Below the pieces are notes generated by a model that worked only from the letters and a program-made list of their open reading frames with translations, was not told the DNA's origin and made no database searches. Source: an uncultured virus (IMG/VR IMGVR_UViG_3300029309_000009) (lineage: Duplodnaviria; Heunggongvirae; Uroviricota; Caudoviricetes). From it: a stretch of DNA of 23,884 nt. Every line of letters starts with the position of its first letter. Position 1 is the first letter of the stretch. The translations under genes were made by a program, and so were the position numbers. Shown piece by piece: positions 16,471 through 23,884 of this stretch. The stretch spans positions 62,001-85,884 of IMG/VR virus record IMGVR_UViG_3300029309_000009; one strand, given 5' to 3'.

Positions 16471-17826
16471 ATGGCATTTATTGGAGAAGTTGTTGAAAGG
16501 GATTTAAAGCGGCTTAGGGATTCCCAACAACAATATGAAGGAATTCTCACTAGAACATCTAAGGCCATAAAGCGATTTATGGATAATGAAGAAGGTCTTT
16601 CGGGTTTCGTAAAGAGAACAATATATGCTTTTAGAGGATTCAGTGCAATAAATAAAGTATTTCTTGCGTTCAAAACTTCCGGAGCAGTTTATGATAAAAC
16701 TGTGGGAAATCTAATAAAAGGTAATTCATTTTTAGGTAAAAGTTTTGGAGCATTATCTAAACTAAAAATTCCTAACTTTTCAGAAAAGTTGGCGGGGGGA
16801 GTAAGTTCCGGAGTAGGTGCTTTGAAGTATTTGGGTAAAATGGGTAAAAATCCTATGTCTTTATCAGAAAGGATAAATCCTATACTTGGCAAAGGTGAAG
16901 ATAATCTTAACAAGCGTTTTGACCAGTTTAATAGTATTCTTAGTCCTATCAAAGATGCCATACTTAGTTTTGACTATATTGGTAAAGGTAAAGGTTTGGT
17001 TCTAGGAACATTAAAACTTTTGAGAGTTATTTTATCAAAAGCATTCAATTTTTTCATCATAGGAATATTAGGACTTATAGCAATTTTAGCCTTTGTTAAA
17101 CTCTTTTGGAGTGCTGCCAAATCCTTTGGAGAAGGTCTCAAGGAATCCTTTGGGGGTTTCTTTCAAATTATTAAAGATTCATTTGAGATAGTTGTTGATA
17201 GTGTAAAAACAATATTTGGTTTCTTTATGGGAGATACTAGTCTTGGAGAACTAATTTTTGCAGTATTAGATATTGCTGTGGTATTCTTAAATTTAGCAAT
17301 ACAGGTAGCAGTTAGAGTCATAGTGGGATTAGTGATAGGTTTATTTAAACTAGGTATGAAATTGGGAGAAGCAACTTTAAATTTCTTTAAGGGGTTGAGT
17401 CCTAACAAGAGAATAGCAACGGTAGTGGCGATAGGTTTCGCTATTGTAGGATTTTTATTTGGCATTCCCATTATATTTCCGGTTATTATATTAGGTGCTT
17501 TATTCTTATTCGGTAAGTATTTATTAACTAGACTACCTAAATTAATCGGTAAAATATTGCCTTTTGCTAATGGAGGAGTTGTAACTAATAGCGGTATGCA
17601 ACTAGTTGGAGAAAGAGGGCCGGAACTAGTTTCTTTACCTAAAGGTTCTAGAGTTCACTCTAATAGAGATAGTAGAAAAATGATGGGCGGAACTCAAATC
17701 AATAATTATATTACAATTAATGCTAGAGATACTTCTGATGGAGAAATGAGGAGAATTGCAAATAAAATAAGTAGTATGGTTAATAATAAAATTAATCGGT
17801 CTACTTCTTCTAGAACTTTAGGGTGA
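16471..17826 (+). CDS. Tape measure protein
   Basis: Follows the chaperones; helical with several hydrophobic segments; C-terminal FANGGVV...VGERGPELV motif common in tape measure proteins. Confidence 0.85.
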   Translation: MAFIGEVVERDLKRLRDSQQQYEGILTRTSKAIKRFMDNEEGLSGFVKRTIYAFRGFSAINKVFLAFKTSGAVYDKTVGNLIKGNSFLGKSFGALSKLKIPNFSEKLAGGVSSGVGALKYLGKMGKNPMSLSERINPILGKGEDNLNKRFDQFNSILSPIKDAILSFDYIGKGKGLVLGTLKLLRVILSKAFNFFIIGILGLIAILAFVKLFWSAAKSFGEGLKESFGGFFQIIKDSFEIVVDSVKTIFGFFMGDTSLGELIFAVLDIAVVFLNLAIQVAVRVIVGLVIGLFKLGMKLGEATLNFFKGLSPNKRIATVVAIGFAIVGFLFGIPIIFPVIILGALFLFGKYLLTRLPKLIGKILPFANGGVVTNSGMQLVGERGPELVSLPKGSRVHSNRDSRKMMGGTQINNYITINARDTSDGEMRRIANKISSMVNNKINRSTSSRTLG

Positions 17827-17830
17827 TTAA

Positions 17831-18442
17831 ATGAGTTTCGTATATTTAAAAACAAAAGCCAATAATGGTAGTTTAGTAAAAAATGTAATTCCATTAAAAG
17901 TTACGTCTATTAGTATTTCTACCGATAAACAAATTCCTGCTTTACCTGTTCCTGCAAGCGGTCTTACTTTTGGAGAGGCTACAACTGCGGCTTTAGATTT
18001 AGGTATGTCTAGTAAACAAATAACGATTAATGGATTTATTTTAGAAGAAACTATTACTAAAGAGGGTAATCTAGGCAGTGGACACAATAAAGGGCCATTA
18101 GTTTATACTGCTCATGAGATTGCACAGATGATTGCTTCGGGAGTAGATTCGACAGGAGCAGCGATACACCAAGCGTTTGATGAATTAGTATTTTTAATTC
18201 CTTCAAAGGTAGATGAAAACTTTACTCAAGTGACTGAAAGAAATATTCCGTGGACTTTTACTTCAAGAGGTAAAAGAAATAAATTAGATAATTTCCGTGT
18301 TCCTATACCAGCAGATTTTCCAACAAGCGAAACCTCTACCGGAGTTAGAGGATTTATTAGACAATTTGGTTGCGATTTTACTTCTGATACAGTAGAGGTT
18401 TCTTTTAACATGACCTTTGAAGTAGCAAGTGTATTCCCTTGA
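17831..18442 (+). CDS. Putative distal tail (Dit-like) protein
   Basis: Directly after the tape measure; tube-fold-like strands (DLGMSSKQITINGFI, VRGFIRQFGCDF, VSFNMTFEVA); SD GGGTGA. Confidence 0.55.
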   Translation: MSFVYLKTKANNGSLVKNVIPLKVTSISISTDKQIPALPVPASGLTFGEATTAALDLGMSSKQITINGFILEETITKEGNLGSGHNKGPLVYTAHEIAQMIASGVDSTGAAIHQAFDELVFLIPSKVDENFTQVTERNIPWTFTSRGKRNKLDNFRVPIPADFPTSETSTGVRGFIRQFGCDFTSDTVEVSFNMTFEVASVFP

Positions 18443-18451
18443 GGTGAATAA

Positions 18452-19591
18452 ATGTATGAAGTTTTAGCAGGTAGACAGCGAGCGTTGGTCTTTCCTGTTA
18501 TGTGTAATGGTCATGTTAAGATAGATTATAGGGACAATGTTGTAGATACAGGAGGAGATTCTTCTACTACAAATGACGTTGCATATGGACTATGGGCGCA
18601 TGAAGGAGATTTTACTTTTGAAAGTATAATCACTCCGTATGAAATAAATGGTCATGGAACTTATTCTTCTGCTTCTGCTCTTGCTACCGATAGTAAAAAA
18701 GTAATGCCAGCACTTTCACAATCTGTTTATACTGCGGGAAATGAAGGAAATTTCCAAAGTGAATTGTATTTATCTAGAACTGCTAGACTTACTCATGAAA
18801 TGATGATTTTTCATAATACTAATTTTCAAATCTCTTTACTTAATTCAACCTTACATAATGAAAATAATCCTGCTAGATATAAGATTAGAGTTAGATTAAA
18901 ATTAGGGACTTCTACTGAAACATACACGACTGAAGAAGTAATTACTCCTGTTGATTCCGGAAGACAATTTAGAAGTTCTACTATTTCGGGAATAACTTCC
19001 CTTCATGTAAATTCCGATGGTAGAAAAACACATAGAAAATTAGGAACGATTAGTAGTGTTAGCGGGGCAACATTTACTGTTTCTAGTGCATTCAATCTTT
19101 TTGATGGCGACAAATTAGAGTTATTTGTTGTAAGGAATGGAGAAATAGTTTCTATTGGAACCATAAAAACCATTAGCGGAAGTAACGTAACTTTAACCGC
19201 TACTCCCTCTATTAGCCTACAAAATGGAGAGGAATTTTACATCAAAGATGAGCAAATGGCAACCTACACAGAAAATACTTTTCACGTTGCTTGCACGTTT
19301 AACTCATCTTCTAGAACATTGAAAATTTTCTTAAATGGTTCTTTAGTTAAACAAGATGACCATTCAACCGATGATACTTTTTCTTTTGCTAAAGAGGATA
19401 CTTATATTGGGGCTAATGGAACAGGTTCTACGGGGGCAGGTTCAGCAACAACCAATAAGCAATTTATGGGAGAATTGCACGAAATGTCTATGATGGGCGT
19501 AGAAAGAAAAGAGTTTAAAGGAGTTCTAAACTTGATACCTAAATTTGAAGATACTTTATTTTATTTCAGATTTGAGGAGGTGGACTTGTGA
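18452..19591 (+). CDS. Tail protein with LamG/concanavalin A-like domain
   Basis: DFTFESIITP, FHVACTFNSSSRTLKIFLNGSLV, TYIGAN and FMGELHEMSM match the LamG-like pattern; SD GAGGTGA. Confidence 0.78.
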   Translation: MYEVLAGRQRALVFPVMCNGHVKIDYRDNVVDTGGDSSTTNDVAYGLWAHEGDFTFESIITPYEINGHGTYSSASALATDSKKVMPALSQSVYTAGNEGNFQSELYLSRTARLTHEMMIFHNTNFQISLLNSTLHNENNPARYKIRVRLKLGTSTETYTTEEVITPVDSGRQFRSSTISGITSLHVNSDGRKTHRKLGTISSVSGATFTVSSAFNLFDGDKLELFVVRNGEIVSIGTIKTISGSNVTLTATPSISLQNGEEFYIKDEQMATYTENTFHVACTFNSSSRTLKIFLNGSLVKQDDHSTDDTFSFAKEDTYIGANGTGSTGAGSATTNKQFMGELHEMSMMGVERKEFKGVLNLIPKFEDTLFYFRFEEVDL

Positions 19592-22500
19592 GTGATAGGC
19601 TGAATATTTTGGCTAAGGGCAGTGCAACCGTTTTTGCAGTTGGGGGTTCTGTATCGGGGTCATCTGCTACTCTTTCCGTTGGCTCTATAAATAATTTAAC
19701 AGTAGGCATGAAGGTTATTGGAACTACTCCATCTACTACTAATCTTAAAGAAAACACTTTTATCAAGAGCATTGATAGTAGTTCGCAAATAACTTTGAGT
19801 AAATCTACTGATGGGGCTATAAGTAGCAGAATGTTTTCTTTTTCTCAAGTAAATTACGATGTTCCTACAAATCCACATATTAATTTAGCCAAGACACTTT
19901 CTTCAACAGATAGAATGTATGCGGCAATTTTCTCTGATGATAGTAATGCAACTCTTTCTTTTGATGAAGTAGGAACTACTACTGCCAACACAGAAAGAGA
20001 AAACCTAGCCAATACTAGAGGATATAGAATAAAATGTTTTGATACCCATACTAATACCGGAGTTCAATTGATAGATTCTACTACTAATTATACCGATAGT
20101 GATTTTTCTACTAGCCATTATTTTGTATTGTTGCATTCAGATGACCATAATCTTCACCACTTTGCAAAACTAACGCAAGTGACTAGGGATGATGTTACAG
20201 GGGATTCTTTTGAGTTTGAACCTAGATTGGGACAGGAAATCCCAAAGGGAACAAAATTTATGTTGTTTAAAGGCCCACTAAAAAGCACAAACCCTTTAGC
20301 GATTTCTGCTGGAATAAAAAGCAATTTGCAATTTGAGTTATTCTGTTCTAGGCCATTATTTTATTTCTTTGATGAAGATTTAGATAAAGAAGAAGAATTA
20401 GACCACGGAAGAAAATATTATGCTTATTGTCAAACTACTAACACTAACGGGGCAATAGATTTAGATGCAGGATTAAAGACTACATTTTTAACCGTCACAG
20501 AATATGCTGAAGACATTGTAGATTATAGCAAATATAATTTAAGGGCAAAAGTTGTGGATAATTTAAGACCTTTAGATGCACCTCAAACAAATACTTCTAA
20601 TGAAGGAAATACCCCAAATGCTTTGGATTTTACAGATTATAATGATGCTTTCCCTAATGCTAGGAGAGATACAGATGATAACCACACTTCTCTACAATAC
20701 CGTGGGCCTAGAAGATATTTACATTACAAATTCTCTCCGGATAAATCTAATTCTGTATTTGGCGTGTTTGATAATATAGTCTATGAATCATATGGTCAAA
20801 GAGGAGGATATTCTGAAACTAAAATCATAGACGTTTTTAAAATTCAACATAAAAAAATAATAGAGAATGAAGGATATAGAGTAAGGCACAAAGTTCATCG
20901 TGCAGACTTAGAAGAATTTTTTGATTTAAACGTAGAAGTTTTAACTGATTCTTCTCCAACATATACCTTTACATCTGAGTTTGATTTAAACAATTTTTTA
21001 AACGATGATGACGAAATAAAAATAGGAGATACATTATTTATCATTGATTCAATAGGAACCCATACTGCTGCTACTGGAACAACTCCTGCAACTCAAACAT
21101 TAACTCTAAAAAACGCACCTAACAAATTGCATAAAAGTGATGGAGTTGCAGGAACATTTACTAGTTCTTCTAATCCTACGATTTCTATTGGTTCTAAATT
21201 ATTTAGGAGAGCATTCAATAGACAAGATAAAACTTTAATGACAGATTTTAATCTAGTTGCTGGTAGGCATGAAAATCTTTTTATTAATTTTATCTCTGAT
21301 GATTATTCTTTACTTAGGGCTAATGTTACAGCGATAGATGTAGAAAAAAAATTAATGACGCTTGCCTTTACTAATAAAACGTATGGGGTAGCCTCTGATT
21401 CGGGATTACAATGGCTAAACGGAGAGTATGAAATAGAAATAGAAAGATTTAATGGAACTATTGAAACAATAGATTTCTATCAAGAAAACGGGCAAAGAAT
21501 ATTAGAAATGTCCGGAAGAAATAATTATAGCAAACTTTTATCTCCTGTAATAAATAGAGACACACTACATTCTAAAGATATTATTTATTCTAGCACTAGC
21601 CCCTACCCTTTGCTGATAAAAGTTCCTGACGGAGATAGAAATATAGTTTCAACATTCGGAAATAAAACTGTAACTATAACAAGCGGTCACGGATGGACTA
21701 CCGGAACAGAAAGTGATGGAATCGGACACCATCTGTTTGTCTATCATAGCGAACATGATACTGTGGCATATGTAGGAAAAATTTCTGCTGTTCCTAGTAG
21801 CGATACAGTAACTTTAGAAAATTTCCCTTTAGCAGAAACTAGCACGTTACCCGATGGGGGACATGATAGAGCCTATTATGCTGATTCTACCAAACCTCAT
21901 TTTGTTTTGAATAAAGCACTAGCAACAAATTCTTTTGAAAGCACTAGCACTGATTTAACTGCTGCATCTAATAAAGGATTATTTTTTGAAAGCGGTCAAA
22001 GTTTATCAAGCGATGGTTCGGAATCTGCAACATTAGTAGGGACATCTGCAAGTTCTGATGCTAGAGCAATAGGATATTATATTAGTGATACTAGAAATAT
22101 GAAAAGCGATTCTAACTTTCAAACTAGATTAGATGATAATGCTTCTACGAAAGTCTTTTCTAATTTTGAAACTATCAATACTTTGATTGATTTTACAATC
22201 TTAGGGATTTCTGATTCAGATACAGGAAAAAAGATTGAGATTGCCCCATACATACCATTGACTTTAGGTAGAGTAGATATTAATTTTGCCAATACACAAG
22301 ATACTACTTTTTCTAATCTCGGTGCTTGCACAACAGGAACTTCAGGAAATAAATTCTTTACAATTGATAAAGATGTAGATAGCAGCCTATTATCTACTAC
22401 TACTAGCCCTAGAAAAATGCACAACAAACCAATATATGCGAATAATATATTTATAGGAAAATGTATTTCTGCTATTCTAGAAACAGACCATGACACAATA

Positions 22501-23884
22501 AAGGTATTCTTAGATAGAAAATTATCTTCTACGATAGACGGACAGACTATATCCGTTTTGACTGAAACTAACTATGGAGAAACTACCAAATTAACTCATG
22601 AGTTAAACATTATAAATGGAGGACATTTGCATACTGCTAAAATTATCTCTCTGTTAAATCCACATGTTTCTTCTGATTCTATTAACAAAACTATGGCTCT
22701 TAATTATCCATTATACTATGATGATATGGCAAATGGAGAGCAAGACGAAGAATTTACTTATAGTGAAAAATACGGTTCTCCATATTATAGAATAATAAAT
22801 ATTGAAAAAGGAAATTACAATAAAATAAATAAGACAGTTACTACGGACTTAGATATTATTCAAGAATATTATTTAGAAGTTCCTAGTAAAGTTCCTTACT
22901 ATGCTAGTTCATATAGATTTAATTTAGGCGCATTCACCAATAATGTTGGAATTGTAGGGGTTGGAAAATCGGGATTCAATGATGGGGGAACCCATAGTAG
23001 TGCTAACCATCTGCTTCCGGAATCTAGAGGAATGACTTCGGTATTTGGTTCTAGATATTTTGATACAACTATTCACAAAAGCGATGGAGAACCTACTAGA
23101 GTATTATTCCCGCTAGACCCCACAGACACATCTAAATTTGAAAGTCCTTATATTGTAAAAGACCATTTAGATTTATTAGACCATAAAGTAGCAAGAATGT
23201 TTTTATTTGCTAATTCAGATTTATTACCTTATTCTTCAAAAAGATATGATAGTTTAATGTATGGTAGTCAAACTAGAGATATTACTAACTATAATGTGTT
23301 TGCTTTAGAACAACCTACTCTAACTTCGTCATCAGATATAAAAGAAGGAATATCTGGAAAAACAAATACAATTACTCTTAATGATAGTAATTATTCTACT
23401 GCATCAATTATTTCTGCCGATAAAACAGTTTCTTCTTTGAAAAGATTTTCTTTGATGAGATTAACTGAAGTAGTATTTGATTGGGCTTTTAATCAGATTG
23501 ACCCCGAAAATATTCCCAAAGGAGATAGAGTAATTCCTACTTTTATTTATAGTGGGTTCCATTTTAATAATTTAGCAAGTCTATTTGCAGGAGATTCAGT
23601 AGTAGTAACAGCAGACTATCAAAACTATCAGATAACAGGATGCTCTTATGATACTACGAATATAATAACTCATCCAACTAATACTTCTGTAAGAGTAGGG
23701 ATGCCTGTTTCGGGGAGTGGAATACCAACAGGCGCAACAATCAATGCTATTTTAGACTCTCAAAATTTTAGAATAACTCATACCACTACGGGAGGAGCAT
23801 TGACTAATCAAACTTTGACATTCGGTTCATTTATTGCTACTGATACTTCTACAAGTCCCGCTAGTAGTCCCGTTGCAGCGACAG
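19588..23884 (+). CDS. Very large tail-tip / hub-fibre protein, 3'-truncated (>1430 aa; not in ORF track)
   Basis: SD GAGGAGGTGG, GTG start overlapping the upstream stop (GTGA), MSDRLNILAKGSATVF...; I found no in-frame stop to the window end; Ser/Thr-rich beta content; hub-like ERFNGTIE...LEMSGRN segment. Confidence 0.85.
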   Translation, partial: MSDRLNILAKGSATVFAVGGSVSGSSATLSVGSINNLTVGMKVIGTTPSTTNLKENTFIKSIDSSSQITLSKSTDGAISSRMFSFSQVNYDVPTNPHINLAKTLSSTDRMYAAIFSDDSNATLSFDEVGTTTANTERENLANTRGYRIKCFDTHTNTGVQLIDSTTNYTDSDFSTSHYFVLLHSDDHNLHHFAKLTQVTRDDVTGDSFEFEPRLGQEIPKGTKFMLFKGPLKSTNPLAISAGIKSNLQFELFCSRPLFYFFDEDLDKEEELDHGRKYYAYCQTTNTNGAIDLDAGLKTTFLTVTEYAEDIVDYSKYNLRAKVVDNLRPLDAPQTNTSNEGNTPNALDFTDYNDAFPNARRDTDDNHTSLQYRGPRRYLHYKFSPDKSNSVFGVFDNIVYESYGQRGGYSETKIIDVFKIQHKKIIENEGYRVRHKVHRADLEEFFDLNVEVLTDSSPTYTFTSEFDLNNFLNDDDEIKIGDTLFIIDSIGTHTAATGTTPATQTLTLKNAPNKLHKSDGVAGTFTSSSNPTISIGSKLFRRAFNRQDKTLMTDFNLVAGRHENLFINFISDDYSLLRANVTAIDVEKKLMTLAFTNKTYGVASDSGLQWLNGEYEIEIERFNGTIETIDFYQENGQRILEMSGRNNYSKLLSPVINRDTLHSKDIIYSSTSPYPLLIKVPDGDRNIVSTFGNKTVTITSGHGWTTGTESDGIGHHLFVYHSEHDTVAYVGKISAVPSSDTVTLENFPLAETSTLPDGGHDRAYYADSTKPHFVLNKALATNSFESTSTDLTAASNKGLFFESGQSLSSDGSESATLVGTSASSDARAIGYYISDTRNMKSDSNFQTRLDDNASTKVFSNFETINTLIDFTILGISDSDTGKKIEIAPYIPLTLGRVDINFANTQDTTFSNLGACTTGTSGNKFFTIDKDVDSSLLSTTTSPRKMHNKPIYANNIFIGKCISAILETDHDTIKVFLDRKLSSTIDGQTISVLTETNYGETTKLTHELNIINGGHLHTAKIISLLNPHVSSDSINKTMALNYPLYYDDMANGEQDEEFTYSEKYGSPYYRIINIEKGNYNKINKTVTTDLDIIQEYYLEVPSKVPYYASSYRFNLGAFTNNVGIVGVGKSGFNDGGTHSSANHLLPESRGMTSVFGSRYFDTTIHKSDGEPTRVLFPLDPTDTSKFESPYIVKDHLDLLDHKVARMFLFANSDLLPYSSKRYDSLMYGSQTRDITNYNVFALEQPTLTSSSDIKEGISGKTNTITLNDSNYSTASIISADKTVSSLKRFSLMRLTEVVFDWAFNQIDPENIPKGDRVIPTFIYSGFHFNNLASLFAGDSVVVTADYQNYQITGCSYDTTNIITHPTNTSVRVGMPVSGSGIPTGATINAILDSQNFRITHTTTGGALTNQTLTFGSFIATDTSTSPASSPVAAT

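Larger units (their letters stand above)
1..23884 (+). mobile_element. Virion morphogenesis region of a tailed dsDNA virus, probably archaeal (magrovirus-like)
   Basis: Co-oriented protease, capsid, adaptor, terminator, tube, frameshifted chaperones, tape measure and tail-tip genes in canonical order. SD motifs are GGTGA/GAGGTG. No host housekeeping genes. Host and taxon assignment is inference. Confidence 0.85.

Noticed and set aside
20576..20779. 67-aa + strand ORF
   Set aside because: Out of frame inside the giant tail gene, with no SD evident.
3185..22496. All other minus-strand ORFs in the track
   Set aside because: They lie opposite well-supported + strand genes in a uniformly co-oriented module and show shadow-like composition.
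1..23884. tRNA, rRNA, integrase, IS elements, introns or inteins
   Set aside because: Intergenic gaps are all under about 50 nt and I saw no diagnostic motifs.

Overview
AT-rich, gene-dense segment in which all credible genes lie on the + strand. It is the virion-morphogenesis region of a tailed (Caudoviricetes, siphovirus-like) virus. GGTGA/GAGGTG Shine-Dalgarno motifs, a TATA-like promoter and an ATP-dependent ligase directly before the prohead protease point to an archaeal virus, most plausibly a magrovirus-like virus of marine Poseidoniales (inference; no search run). Gene order: small acidic ORFs with shared peptide motifs; 840-aa ATP-dependent DNA ligase; HK97-type prohead protease-scaffold; major capsid protein; three small putative head proteins; a six-gene block (two membrane proteins, Arf-like small GTPase, Zn-finger protein, two unknowns); head-tail adaptor; tail terminator; tail tube; AT-hook microprotein; tail chaperone pair with a -1 frameshift; tape measure; distal tail; LamG protein; a >1430-aa tail protein running off the end. 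Highlights: (1) a viral Arf-like GTPase/membrane module of unknown function; (2) a possible capsid-cargo addressing system (MTWDxY leaders, I-x-K motifs, a mini-scaffold paralog, a possibly packaged ligase); (3) apparent avoidance of GATC, AGCT and CCAGA with enrichment of CCGGA and CTAGA.
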